Made by a program: the position numbers and the translations under genes. This document shows, piece after piece, positions 30,568 through 40,443 of a stretch of DNA of 64,000 bases. Under the pieces are notes generated by a model that ran no database searches, had not been told where the DNA came from, and saw nothing but the letters and a program-made list of their open reading frames with translations. The stretch is taken from contig JBAZLK010000004.1 in NCBI GenBank assembly GCA_041650335.1, positions 15,990 through 79,989 of the forward strand, given 5' to 3'. The stretch is from Patescibacteria group bacterium (GTDB taxonomy: Bacteria > Patescibacteriota > Patescibacteriia > JAHIZJ01). Every line of letters starts with the position of its first letter. The stretch's first letter is position 1.

Positions 30568-31280
30568 TTGGTAATCGTTATTTCCGTTAATTCTCCGTCC
30601 GACATCCGAAAATGTCGCTGGGCATATGCGTCAATAGTGGCGTCATGGGTAACAACAATTATTGTCCGTCCCTGCTGATTGAGCCATTGAAGGGCTGCCA
30701 TAATGTCCTTGCCGGATTTACTGTCCAGGTTTCCCGTCGGTTCGTCAGCCAGTATTATCGAGGGATCGTTTACCAGGGCTCGGGCGATAGCGACGCGCTG
30801 CTTCTCGCCGCCGGAGAGAAGCGCCGGTTTATAATTTCTCCTATTTTCCAATTTTACGGTGCGGAGCATCTCGTTAATACGATCAACCTGCTTCTTTCTC
30901 GGGTAACGACTGTAAATAAGAGGCAATTGAATGTTTTGAGCAACCGTCAGCCTAGCCAGCAGGTTAAATGTTTGAAAAATAAAGCCAATTTCCTTCCGGC
31001 GCAGGAATGGCAATTGTTTTTTCGGCACTTTACTGATCTCAATATTATTCAAAATATACCCTCCCGAATCGGGCACGTCGAGTAAACCGAGAACATTGAG
31101 CAAGGTGCTTTTCCCCGAGCCGGACGGCCCCATGATCGATATGAACTCTCCCCGCTCAATCGTAAAATGAACCCCTTTCAGGGCTGTGACCGGATTTGGC
31201 AAATCGGGTGAAAACGTTTTATTGATATTTTGGAGTGTGATCAACGGCATAGAATAATGGTCATAGTGTAGCAGAAACAA
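30564..31280 (-). CDS. ABC transporter ATP-binding protein (MacB/LolD-like)
   Basis: Walker [10 protein letters not shown], signature [15 protein letters not shown], Walker [13 protein letters not shown]-loop VTHD. Confidence 0.85.
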   Translation of the reverse strand: MFLLHYDHYSMPLITLQNINKTFSPDLPNPVTALKGVHFTIERGEFISIMGPSGSGKSTLLNVLGLLDVPDSGGYILNNIEISKVPKKQLPFLRRKEIGFIFQTFNLLARLTVAQNIQLPLIYSRYPRKKQVDRINEMLRTVKLENRRNYKPALLSGGEKQRVAIARALVNDPSIILADEPTGNLDSKSGKDIMAALQWLNQQGRTIIVVTHDATIDAYAQRHFRMSDGELTEITITK

Positions 31281-31339
31281 GCGTATTTATCAATAAATAC
31301 ACCGGAAAACCTTATTTCCGGCGTATTTTGCTATCTTTA

Positions 31340-31465
31340 TTAAATTGTTTCTTCGTCTGTGTCAGTATCTTCAGAATCATCTTTTTCATCGTCAGTCATT
31401 TCTTCATCATCCGGCTCTTCGGTATCATTCATATTTTGGTCGTCGTCATCCATTAATCGAAGCAT
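31340..31465 (-). CDS. Putative 41-aa extremely acidic small protein (MLRLMDDDDQNMNDTEEPDDEEMTDDEKDDSEDTDTDEETI)
   Basis: not in ORF track (<60 aa); strong SD AAGGAGGTG 6 nt upstream of ATG (plus-strand 31466-31480); lies between membrane protein gene and ABC ATPase gene on same strand; 22/41 residues Asp/Glu. Confidence 0.3.
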   Translation of the reverse strand: MLRLMDDDDQNMNDTEEPDDEEMTDDEKDDSEDTDTDEETI

Positions 31466-31490
31466 TCTCTTCACCTCCTTTTCTCAGCGA

Positions 31491-31994
31491 TTATTGTTTA
31501 TTACCCCGTAATATTTCACGTACATGCTGAGGCGACTGCGTTGAGAAAACATAAATTGCCCGGCTGTTTTTCATGCCGATCCGCAGACCTGAACCATTGA
31601 AAGCGGCGTAAATAGTCAGACTTTTTCTCGGTTGCCGGAAAAAACCATAATTAAAAAATCGTTTTGACGTGATTGTAACTATGTCGATTTCGGCGATTTC
31701 CTTGATATCTATTTTTTTCTTAAACAGACCAAAACCAAAATGCAGATATCCGTCTCGGATAATAACACTAAACTTCCAAAATGAGTGCGTGATAAGTAAA
31801 ACCGCTAGCCATTCAACAATCAAGAGGATCCGAAACCATGCCAGCTGGCCGTGATTTAACAACGTTATCCAGAATGCGATCACCAGCAGAATCGTCATGA
31901 CGCTGAAAAAGACCGTCAGAACACCACGATAGAATGGCTTCGCTTCGTAATAATTCATACTCGTATTGTACCAAAGACGCAAATGTCGGCGCAA
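31491..31994 (-). CDS. Hypothetical membrane protein (2 TM + bacterial PH-like C-terminal domain)
   Basis: two hydrophobic helices, followed by soluble ~80 aa domain; start codon uncertain (alternative ATG at 31958). Confidence 0.35.
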   Translation of the reverse strand: MRRHLRLWYNTSMNYYEAKPFYRGVLTVFFSVMTILLVIAFWITLLNHGQLAWFRILLIVEWLAVLLITHSFWKFSVIIRDGYLHFGFGLFKKKIDIKEIAEIDIVTITSKRFFNYGFFRQPRKSLTIYAAFNGSGLRIGMKNSRAIYVFSTQSPQHVREILRGNKQ

Positions 31995-32003
31995 GCCGTC
32001 GTT

Positions 32004-34637
32004 TTACTGAGCTTTCACGACTATTTTTGCCCCCTGGGCGTCAATCGTTATTTTTTCACCCGTCTTCACGCGGCCGCTAATCATGTCCATGGCCAACGGA
32101 TCCAATATTTGTTGCTGGATGACGCGCTTCAGCGGCCGGGCGCCAAATTGCGGATCATAGCCCTTTTCGATCAATAGTTTTTTCGCCTTTTCCGTAATCG
32201 ATAACGAGATATTTTTCTCTTTCAGACGAAGGACGGTGCGCTGCAATTGTAGCTCAACGATACTCATAAGCTGCTTTTTGTCGAGACTGTGAAATGTTAT
32301 GATTTCATCGACGCGATTAAGGAATTCCGGCTTGAAGTGGTTGCGCAACAAGACCATGACTTTCTCTTTTATCAGGTCGTCCAGGCTCTTGTGTTTTTGG
32401 GACTCCGCCTCAAAGCCGAGATCGCCTTTTGTCGACAGATCGAGAATGACATCTGAACCGATATTTGAGGTCATGACGATAATGGTATTCTTGAAATTCA
32501 CCACCCGCCCCTTTGCGTCCGTCAGTCGCCCGTCGTCGAGAATTTGCAAGAGCATATTAAAGACGTCGGGATGTGCCTTTTCAATCTCATCAAATAGAAT
32601 GACTGAATATGGGCGCCGTCTGACTAATTCCGTCAACTGGCCTCCCTCATCATAGCCGACATACCCGGGCGGTGAGCCGATCATTTTTGAAGCGGCGTGC
32701 CGTTCCATGTATTCAGACATGTCTAAACGGATCATCGCGTTTTCATCATTGAACATAAATTCAGCAATGGCGCGGGCTAATTCGGTTTTTCCCACACCGG
32801 TCGGACCGAGAAAGATAAACGAACCAATCGGGCGATTTTCTTCGGATATGCCGGCACGCGATCGGCGGACCGCATTCGAGACTGCGATAATCGATTCCTC
32901 CTGGCCAATAACGCGTTTTTTTAAGGCGCCTTCCATGTGGGCCAGTTTTTCGATCTCGCTTTCGAGCATTTTTGACACAGGAATGCCCGTCCAGCGCGAA
33001 ACAACGCCGGCGATATCTTCCTCGGTCACCTCCTCCTTCAAGATCGGGCTGTTCTTCTGTATCTTCTGTAATTTTTCTTGATTGCGTTTGATCTTTTTCT
33101 CAAGCAATGGGATCTTGCCATAGCGTATCTCAGCCACGCGCTCCAGTTCCGCTTTTCGCTCGGCCACCTCGGCCTCTGACCGCAAGGCCTCAATTTCTGA
33201 TTTCCCCTTCCGAATATCAACAATGATATCTTTTTCCGTTTTCCATTTAATTTCCAATATGCCCGCTTCTTCTTGAAGGGCGGCGATCTGCCTTTTCAGT
33301 TGCTGAAGCTGTCCTTTCGACTGGGCGTCATTTTCCTTTTGGAGGACGCGTTTTTCAATTTCGAGCTGGCGAAGCCGGCGTTTCATTTTATCAAGTTCCG
33401 AGGGCATTGAATCAATTTCCAATCTGAGAGCGGAGGTTGCCTCGTCAATGAGATCTACGGCTTTATCCGGCAAAAACCGGTCCGTGATGTACCGCTGCGA
33501 CAATTCGGCCGCCGCAACGATGGCCGGGTCTGTTATCCGTACGCCATGATGAACCTCGTACTTTTCTTTGATCCCGCGAAGAATCGCGATCGTGTCTTCG
33601 AGTGACGGTTCAGTTACATAGATTGGCTGAAAGCGACGTTCCAGGGCGGCGTCCCGTTCGATGTATTTCTGATATTCTTTCAAGGTTGTCGCGCCGATCG
33701 CATGAAGCTCGCCTCGGGCCAGCATCGGCTTTAACATATTGGCCGCGTCAATCGCCCCCTCTGCTCCGCCGGCGCCGACGATCGTATGAAGCTCGTCGAG
33801 AAAAAGCACGATTTGCCCCTCAGATGCTTTTACCTCTTTCAGTACCGCTTTTAAGCGGTCTTCAAACTCGCCCCGAAATTTTGAGCCCGCCACCAGGGAT
33901 CCCATGTCGAGCGCGACGACTTCCTTTTTCTTTAAACTTTCAGGTACATCACCGGCTACGATCCGTTGCGCCAGTCCCTCAACGATCGCGGTTTTACCGG
34001 TTCCCGGCTCACCGATCAAAACGGGATTATTTTTCGTCCGACGTGACAATACTTGCATAACGCGTCGCACCTCGTCATCGCGTCCGATCACCGGATCGAG
34101 CTTTTTCGCTCGGGCAAACTGCGTCAGATTCGTTCCATATTTTTCTAGGGCTTGATATTTACTTTCCGGTTCCTGATCGGTGATGCGCTGCGTGCCCCGG
34201 ACGTCTTTCAAAACCTTCAAGACTGACTCAGTCGTTATGCCCTGTGCATTGAGTAGTTGTTTTACGCGTTTGTCTGCCTCCAACATCGCCAAAAACATGT
34301 GCTCAGTGCTGATGTATTCATCTTTCAGCTTTTCCGCTTCCTTGATCGACTGGTCAAGGACGTCCTTCAAATTTTTTGTAATGAATATTTGGGCAATACC
34401 GCCGGTCGGCAATTGGACGTTTGGTATTTTTTCTATCTCGCCAAACACATTTGTTTCCAGCTTGGCCGGCTCAATACCTATTTTCTGAAGGATTGACGGC
34501 ACAACCCCGTCAGTCTGGGTAATTAAGGCGGCCAGCAGATGATAGGTATCGATTTGCTGCTGCTTTTTTTCTGAAGCGATTCGCTCGGCACGCTGGATCG
34601 CCTCTTGGGCGCGAAGAGTGAAATTATTTGGATTCAT
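32004..34637 (-). CDS. clpB: ATP-dependent chaperone ClpB
   Basis: 877 aa; Clp N domain, two AAA+ modules ([16 protein letters not shown]; [13 protein letters not shown]) separated by long coiled-coil M-domain, characteristic of ClpB rather than ClpA/C. Confidence 0.9.
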   Translation of the reverse strand: MNPNNFTLRAQEAIQRAERIASEKKQQQIDTYHLLAALITQTDGVVPSILQKIGIEPAKLETNVFGEIEKIPNVQLPTGGIAQIFITKNLKDVLDQSIKEAEKLKDEYISTEHMFLAMLEADKRVKQLLNAQGITTESVLKVLKDVRGTQRITDQEPESKYQALEKYGTNLTQFARAKKLDPVIGRDDEVRRVMQVLSRRTKNNPVLIGEPGTGKTAIVEGLAQRIVAGDVPESLKKKEVVALDMGSLVAGSKFRGEFEDRLKAVLKEVKASEGQIVLFLDELHTIVGAGGAEGAIDAANMLKPMLARGELHAIGATTLKEYQKYIERDAALERRFQPIYVTEPSLEDTIAILRGIKEKYEVHHGVRITDPAIVAAAELSQRYITDRFLPDKAVDLIDEATSALRLEIDSMPSELDKMKRRLRQLEIEKRVLQKENDAQSKGQLQQLKRQIAALQEEAGILEIKWKTEKDIIVDIRKGKSEIEALRSEAEVAERKAELERVAEIRYGKIPLLEKKIKRNQEKLQKIQKNSPILKEEVTEEDIAGVVSRWTGIPVSKMLESEIEKLAHMEGALKKRVIGQEESIIAVSNAVRRSRAGISEENRPIGSFIFLGPTGVGKTELARAIAEFMFNDENAMIRLDMSEYMERHAASKMIGSPPGYVGYDEGGQLTELVRRRPYSVILFDEIEKAHPDVFNMLLQILDDGRLTDAKGRVVNFKNTIIVMTSNIGSDVILDLSTKGDLGFEAESQKHKSLDDLIKEKVMVLLRNHFKPEFLNRVDEIITFHSLDKKQLMSIVELQLQRTVLRLKEKNISLSITEKAKKLLIEKGYDPQFGARPLKRVIQQQILDPLAMDMISGRVKTGEKITIDAQGAKIVVKAQ

Positions 34638-34680
34638 CGGTTTGATTGATAATGCTTATAAAGACAGTGTAAAAGCTAAA

Positions 34681-34707
34681 TTAGCACTTGTCAAGTGAGA
34701 GTGCTAA
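34681..34707. promoter_or_regulatory. CIRCE operator (HrcA binding site) upstream of clpB
   Basis: TTAGCACTT-N9-GAGTGCTAA matches CIRCE consensus TTAGCACTC-N9-GAGTGCTAA at 17/18 positions; on clpB strand a TTGACA -35 hexamer lies inside the element with a TACACT -10 17 nt downstream, ~45 nt before the clpB ATG. Confidence 0.6.
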
Positions 34708-34818
34708 TTTGAGTACATCACCAGGCTTCGCGCGATGATTTACAAGCCTGTCTTGATTATGATAACCTGTTAGTACGCGCGGCTTCAGATATCAGCGCGC
34801 TGTGCAGTATTTATTCCG

Positions 34819-35589
34819 ATGAACCAACCAGCGACAATGAAAAAATCACGAGACAATGCCGACGAACGAATCTTCGCGCCTCCCTGGGGGCCGAGTAACA
34901 ATATCTTTCGGGAACACAAGGCTCGCTACGCATTCGTTAAACCGCACGTGAAGGGTTGCGACGTCTTGGACGTGGCGTGCGGCACCGGTTATGGAAGTCA
35001 TGCCCTTTCGCGGCTGGCAAAAAGTGTTATCGGGCTGGACATATCATCGGCGTCCATTCAATTTGCAAATCAGCACTATCACTCGCCGAACCTCAAATAC
35101 GTAGTCGGTGACGCTCTGGCATTGCCGTTTCCTGATCAATGCTTTGATGCGGTTGTATCATTTGAAACCATTGAACACTTGTCTGATCAGAATACGTTTC
35201 TGAATGAGATCCGTCGGGTTTTGAAAAACAATGGTACCCTTTTCATGTCAACGCCGGATCGTGAAGTGATACCGCTTTTTATGATCAACCCTAGTGAATA
35301 CAAAAATCCTTTTCACGTCCGCGAGTTGTCCAGAAAAGAATTTGCCGATCTATTATCGAAATACTTCACGATTACCTCGTGGCATGGCCAGGGCCGCTAT
35401 CTGGGCCAACCGAATCGAAATAAACCCGCGCTTTCCCCGGTCAAAAAGTTTTTTCGCTGGGTGCCGGAGCGAATCCGACTGAAATTAATATCCTGGATCA
35501 TCCGAACCGGACCAGCGGACGTTATCTTTGAACTCGGCGACAATAAGTCGAAATACCTCATCGCCCATTGTCAGAAATACATGAAATAA
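34819..35589 (+). CDS. Class I SAM-dependent methyltransferase
   Basis: motif I VLDVACGTGYGS, motif post-I/II; 256 aa. Confidence 0.7.
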   Translation: MNQPATMKKSRDNADERIFAPPWGPSNNIFREHKARYAFVKPHVKGCDVLDVACGTGYGSHALSRLAKSVIGLDISSASIQFANQHYHSPNLKYVVGDALALPFPDQCFDAVVSFETIEHLSDQNTFLNEIRRVLKNNGTLFMSTPDREVIPLFMINPSEYKNPFHVRELSRKEFADLLSKYFTITSWHGQGRYLGQPNRNKPALSPVKKFFRWVPERIRLKLISWIIRTGPADVIFELGDNKSKYLIAHCQKYMK

Positions 35590-35630
35590 GGACGTCGAGC
35601 GACGCCATGGCACGATTCGTGAATTAAAAA

Positions 35631-35662
35631 TAAAACAACCCCTCTACGCAGGGGCCGTTTTA
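35631..35662. terminator. Bidirectional intrinsic terminator between convergent methyltransferase and GT4 genes
   Basis: AAAACAA-CCCC-tctacgca-GGGG-CCGTTTTA: GC stem flanked by A-run and T-run. Confidence 0.5.
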
Positions 35663-35679
35663 TTATAAACTGATTGTTT

Positions 35680-36807
35680 TTATGAAACGCTATACAGTTT
35701 TTCGGTCTCGTAGGCGATTGACTGCCAGTTGAAATGCTGAAGGACAACCTTCCGGGCGCGCTGGCCGACTTTCTTTGTCGCCTCGGGCCGTTTTAAAAGC
35801 TCAGCCAGTTTTATCTGTAAATCCTTTACGTTCTTGTTTTTAAAGACATAGCCGATGACTTCATTATTGGCTCGTAAAACTTCAAGGTTTTCTGGAATAT
35901 TACTCGCCAACGAGCAACGGCCGAAGCCAGCCGCCTCAAGCAGCGCCAGTGGCAGACCCTCGATCTCCGATGGAAAGACGAAGAGATAGGCGTTTGAATA
36001 TAGCTCAGCCAATGTTTTTCCTTTTTGAAAACCAGTAAAGATAATGCGAGGATCGCCGGCTGCCAGTTCTTTCAACTTTTTTACATAGCTATCAGTATAG
36101 GCGGAATCGCCGGCAATCACCAATCGCTTCTTCGTGTTGAGGCGTTTATACGCGGCGATCAAATAATGGATGCCCTTTGGCGGTATCAGCCGAGCAACTG
36201 TCAGAATATATTGATCAGCAATTAAGCCGAATTGTTTTGTAATTACCTTGGCCTTTTGCGACCGCGTAAATTCGCTCGAAACGCCGTTCGGTATATAGAT
36301 CGTTTTCTTACGATACGTTTTTTCGCAGTATTTCTGCAGCGGCCGTGAAATCGCGATTGTTTGATGGGGAAAAGTGACGCACGCCCACTCTCCCAGCCTG
36401 AGCACGAAACGAGCGAATAGACCCCATTTTTGGTGTTTCCGCTCAATGCTATGAAAGGTAGCGATAACCTTTATGCCTGGGCGGAAGAGACGCGGAATAA
36501 ATGAGAGCAAAGACGGTCCCCCGCTATGGTAATGGATAACGTCATAATCCTGAAACAACGCATGGATAGTCGCCAAAAACGTATGGCTGATCGCGTCAAA
36601 GTGCTTGGTCGGCAGGCTGGGCAAAGAAACTAAACGTACCCCATGATAGTTCTTCCGGTTTGGGTTCGTATGATTGGGCCGTGTGTATACTGTTACAGTA
36701 TGTCCGCGTTTAGCCAATCGAACAGACAGCTCTTCGACGTGTCGTTCCACCCCGCCGAAAAGTGCTGGAATCCCTTTTTGGCCAATCATCGCTATTTTCA
36801 TTGTCAT
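35680..36807 (-). CDS. Glycosyltransferase family 4 (GT-B)
   Basis: C-terminal EGLPLALLEAAGFGRCSLASN motif (E-X7-E region) typical of GT4; 375 aa. Confidence 0.75.
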   Translation of the reverse strand: MTMKIAMIGQKGIPALFGGVERHVEELSVRLAKRGHTVTVYTRPNHTNPNRKNYHGVRLVSLPSLPTKHFDAISHTFLATIHALFQDYDVIHYHSGGPSLLSFIPRLFRPGIKVIATFHSIERKHQKWGLFARFVLRLGEWACVTFPHQTIAISRPLQKYCEKTYRKKTIYIPNGVSSEFTRSQKAKVITKQFGLIADQYILTVARLIPPKGIHYLIAAYKRLNTKKRLVIAGDSAYTDSYVKKLKELAAGDPRIIFTGFQKGKTLAELYSNAYLFVFPSEIEGLPLALLEAAGFGRCSLASNIPENLEVLRANNEVIGYVFKNKNVKDLQIKLAELLKRPEATKKVGQRARKVVLQHFNWQSIAYETEKLYSVS

Positions 36808-36928
36808 ATGCGTGGGAATAGTAGATAACGGGAAAGCATAGCAAGTTCTTTTGTTTATGTCAATAGCGTCTCAGTGCAAACACAACAGTACCAAAAAACA
36901 AGCGTCGTCTGATGGTATAGTACCGTTT

Positions 36929-38383
36929 TTATTTTTGCACAATCCCCTGTCCGGCGACCTGACTGTCGCGTACCTGGGTTGTAGTGATATTCGGAAATGT
37001 TGAAATTGATTTTACCGCTGTCCCGGCATGCTCCAATACTCTGGCTGTCTGGCAGAGCGTCATGAATTTTTCCAGGTCGTTCACGGTCGGGGTAATCGTG
37101 ACTTCATAGCTGGCAGTGATATCCGGCTGGTCTCCTGTGAATTTACCAACTGGCCATGTTACTGTGCGGGTTTTTTCATCGTAGGTAAGCGGCTGCCCAA
37201 AAGAGACGCTGCTGTTTCCAGCCCACGTGGCTGTTTCTGGCAGGCTCGCTTCAACCGTGAGATTTTCATATGATTCCGTGCCCTTTTTTATTCTCCAAAA
37301 AACGCGATAACCGGTTGTCTCTCCAACCCTCGGCGGGAGCGGACCGTAACCGAATTGCACGCCGGAATCACTGTAATAGATCGCCTCGGCCACGAATTGG
37401 CTTTTTGTGGTGGGAGTTCCGGGCTCAGTATTTGTATTAGTGGACCCACTTGAGCCAAGTATAGTAACCGTTTCTTTGGCGGGTGTCTGTGAAAATTCAA
37501 GACTGTTATTGAGCATTACTGCCGTAATTTCAAACACGCTTGTTTGATTATTTGCGGCCGTCGTGTAGCCACTCACCCGGACGTTCCATTCTGAGTGTGG
37601 CTTCAGGTTGTTAATCGCCCACCGCGTAATGTCTTTTTCAAATGGCCATGTAACATTGGTTTGGATAAACTCTCTGGGCATTTTTATTTCAATGGCCGCA
37701 GTCGATAATTCATATTCGCTGTTATTTACCGCTTGTATTGTCAATGAGTATTCCTGGCCGCTCCGGACTGTTTCTGGCGCCGAAATCGTAAGTGATACGA
37801 GCTCGCCTGAAATAGTAAATGTCCTGGATAAAGACTGGCTCATCGATTGATCGCCGCTTAGATATTGGACCAGCGCCTTAATATTTGGTTGTGAATTTGG
37901 AACACCAATGATATGGCCGATTATTACTAGGTGGGTGACTTGTCCGCCGTTAAGCTCTGGTATCTCCCAAAGTAGGCTATCGGACTGGCTTGGTTCAAGG
38001 CTGGCGGATTCGTAAACAAACTCAGCCGGAAAATTCATGTGCACCTCAATACTTCGGACGTTCAGAGTGCCATTATTGCTCAAGCGAATATCTATTTCCG
38101 AACGCCCGCCGTTTGTCGCTACTTCGGATGTTGACATTGTTGCTTCTACCACGGGCGCGGGCAGTAGTTGCTTGCTCGTCAGAAAATAGAGAACGGTCGC
38201 GATCAAAAAAAACAAGATCAGCGTAAAAAGCGTGTCGATAAACAAGAGCCAGCGGCGTTGATCGTAGCGCCGGTGGTATTTGCCGGCAATCGGTGGCGCC
38301 ACAATGTTAAACGTGGCCAGCGTTAGGCTTTTCCATCCCCGGAGAAACCAGTGCTTCTTTTGGTGTAATTCTTCTTTCATCAA
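36929..38383 (-). CDS. Hypothetical membrane-anchored protein with large extracytoplasmic beta-rich region
   Basis: N-terminal TM helix (LFTLILFFLIATVLYFL), rest hydrophilic, Thr/Ser-rich linker; no catalytic motif recognised. Confidence 0.35.
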   Translation of the reverse strand: MMKEELHQKKHWFLRGWKSLTLATFNIVAPPIAGKYHRRYDQRRWLLFIDTLFTLILFFLIATVLYFLTSKQLLPAPVVEATMSTSEVATNGGRSEIDIRLSNNGTLNVRSIEVHMNFPAEFVYESASLEPSQSDSLLWEIPELNGGQVTHLVIIGHIIGVPNSQPNIKALVQYLSGDQSMSQSLSRTFTISGELVSLTISAPETVRSGQEYSLTIQAVNNSEYELSTAAIEIKMPREFIQTNVTWPFEKDITRWAINNLKPHSEWNVRVSGYTTAANNQTSVFEITAVMLNNSLEFSQTPAKETVTILGSSGSTNTNTEPGTPTTKSQFVAEAIYYSDSGVQFGYGPLPPRVGETTGYRVFWRIKKGTESYENLTVEASLPETATWAGNSSVSFGQPLTYDEKTRTVTWPVGKFTGDQPDITASYEVTITPTVNDLEKFMTLCQTARVLEHAGTAVKSISTFPNITTTQVRDSQVAGQGIVQK

Positions 38384-38385
38384 CG

Positions 38386-40443
38386 TTAATATAGCGTTTG
38401 ACTTGAGACTATTATTTCAGGCTTATTGTCTCGGTTGATATCAGCGGTTGTGACCGTAATTCCTGACCGCCAGCTCTCTTTATAGGCAAAGAAACCAGCC
38501 ATCACCGCCTTGCCAAACTGGTTGAAAATACGGACATGCGGGCCGCCACCTGGCCCGGCCCCTGTAATAATTTCATCTTTTCCATCATTATTCAAATCAT
38601 CCGAGGCGACCGATACCCCGCCGCGGAAGTTTTTGTCGTAGGCAAAAAAGCCAGACAACGGACGGCCAAAACGACTGAAGACCCTGACGTGCGGCCCGCC
38701 ACCAAAGCCCGCGCCGGTGATTATCTCATCCTTTCCGTCGCCATTCATATCGCCGACGGCTACGTGGACGCCGCCGCGGAAGTTTTTGTCGTAGGCAAAA
38801 AAGCCAACATTTACTAACCCGCCGCGGGCGTTAAATATCCTGACATGCGGACCGCCACCGGGCCCAGTGCCGGTTACAATCTCCTTTTTTTTGTCGCCAT
38901 CCAAGTCGCCAACGGCCAGATTGATGCCGCGATTGTACGACGTTCCGTAGGGATAAAACTCACGAATTAAAAAGCCAGCCTGATTGTAAACTTGAACTTT
39001 ATTATTCCACGCAACAACAGTTTCAATTGTTCCGTTGTCTGTTAAATCGGTCTTAATAATATTTACGCCGCCGGCATATTCGGTCGTATAGGTAAAAAAG
39101 CCTTGGCGGACTTTCCGACCGGTGGCGGAGAAGGCTTCGGCTAACCACCCGTTCGTGTACTGACCTTCGGCTATTTCAAACTGGCGTTTATAGACGATGA
39201 GTCCGTCGCGTGCCGGCAGCGTTACCGAACTGACGATTTCACCAGTGTTGATTGTCGGCGCTTGCTTGCCTTTTATTTTTTCATAACCAGCGCCTAAATT
39301 CACCCGCTGGCTCGTATTGGTAGAATTAATCAAGACTACCCCGTTCGTGAAATCGCGGCGCCAGACGCCAGCCGTTGTAATCGGAGCGGCGGCGTTCTGA
39401 ACGTTGTAGGCGGAGCCGTTCGGCCGTCCGAGCGAAACGTCGTATTCATCATACCACCAGAGATCAGCGTGCCGATACATCCCAAAGTCAAAGCTGGCAA
39501 AGCCGTTTCCCAGCAGTACGCTCGCCAAGGAATAGCGTAACGAGCGATAATCGTCCGATGTGCCCGTGGTTGTGCTGCTATTGATAATTATTACCGACGG
39601 CGCCTGGGCTCGATCCTGAGCGTCAAGATATTTTTCCATTGAGCCGCCCCAGCCGCCGTCGAGATTTGTCGGAAATCCTTCAAATAGCCGCCCGTTGATC
39701 GAATCAAAATATTGACCACCACCACCACCGACAATAATTTTTTCGTCGCCTTCTAATTGCCGAGAGTAGCGAAGCATGGCGCTCATTCCGTCGCGCCAAG
39801 CCCGGTCGAGCACAGCAGCGCTCTCTTTCTGACCGTCACGGTTGAGATCAAGGTTGCCGCTATGTAACCAGGAAACGTCGTTCCACATATTGTCGTAGTA
39901 GATGCCGTCCCATAAGCCGGTCGACATGACGTTTTCGTGCACAAACTCCGGCAGATACGTATTCCAGCGCAAGCCATTAACGCGCGCTGCGGCATTCGTT
40001 ACGTTCATCATCCTCGTGCCCGGCCAAAAGACAACCTGTCCACCCTGGGCATCACGCAAAAACCACTTACTTGATAGGCCGTGCGTTAATTTGTAGTTTG
40101 GGTGGTTTTTGTCTGTTATTTCAAACATGCTGTCTGGCAATTCCTGCGATGACATGTAGGCTAAAATGATGATATCCGGATTTATCAGGCGCATCAGCCG
40201 AATGGCATCAGGGCTCGTGTACTGATTCTCCATGCTGATAATGACCGCATCCCACCGCGCCAGGCCTTGCGCTTCGCTGATTGTCAACTTCGGAGTGTAA
40301 AATATGTTGGCCAGTCTCGGGTAGGGATTATCTAGCGTTCGCGCGTCAACGCTTTTTGGCAAACCAAATAAAAACGCAGTTATCGCAATGAGGGCGATCA
40401 CGCAATGATAGCCGAGTCTATTTTTTGCCAACCAGCGATTCAT
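38386..40443 (-). CDS. Secreted protein: N-terminal glycoside-hydrolase-like domain + C-terminal FG-GAP/VCBS-type repeats
   Basis: signal peptide; C-terminal half contains at least 4 repeats GD[LMI][ND][GN]DGK[DK]EI[IV]TG[AT]G[PF]GGGPHVR[IV]F; same DNA repeat (gccgccgcggaagtttttgtcgtaggcaaaaaagcc) appears twice in 38600-38810. Confidence 0.55.
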   Translation of the reverse strand: MNRWLAKNRLGYHCVIALIAITAFLFGLPKSVDARTLDNPYPRLANIFYTPKLTISEAQGLARWDAVIISMENQYTSPDAIRLMRLINPDIIILAYMSSQELPDSMFEITDKNHPNYKLTHGLSSKWFLRDAQGGQVVFWPGTRMMNVTNAAARVNGLRWNTYLPEFVHENVMSTGLWDGIYYDNMWNDVSWLHSGNLDLNRDGQKESAAVLDRAWRDGMSAMLRYSRQLEGDEKIIVGGGGGQYFDSINGRLFEGFPTNLDGGWGGSMEKYLDAQDRAQAPSVIIINSSTTTGTSDDYRSLRYSLASVLLGNGFASFDFGMYRHADLWWYDEYDVSLGRPNGSAYNVQNAAAPITTAGVWRRDFTNGVVLINSTNTSQRVNLGAGYEKIKGKQAPTINTGEIVSSVTLPARDGLIVYKRQFEIAEGQYTNGWLAEAFSATGRKVRQGFFTYTTEYAGGVNIIKTDLTDNGTIETVVAWNNKVQVYNQAGFLIREFYPYGTSYNRGINLAVGDLDGDKKKEIVTGTGPGGGPHVRIFNARGGLVNVGFFAYDKNFRGGVHVAVGDMNGDGKDEIITGAGFGGGPHVRVFSRFGRPLSGFFAYDKNFRGGVSVASDDLNNDGKDEIITGAGPGGGPHVRIFNQFGKAVMAGFFAYKESWRSGITVTTADINRDNKPEIIVSSQTLY

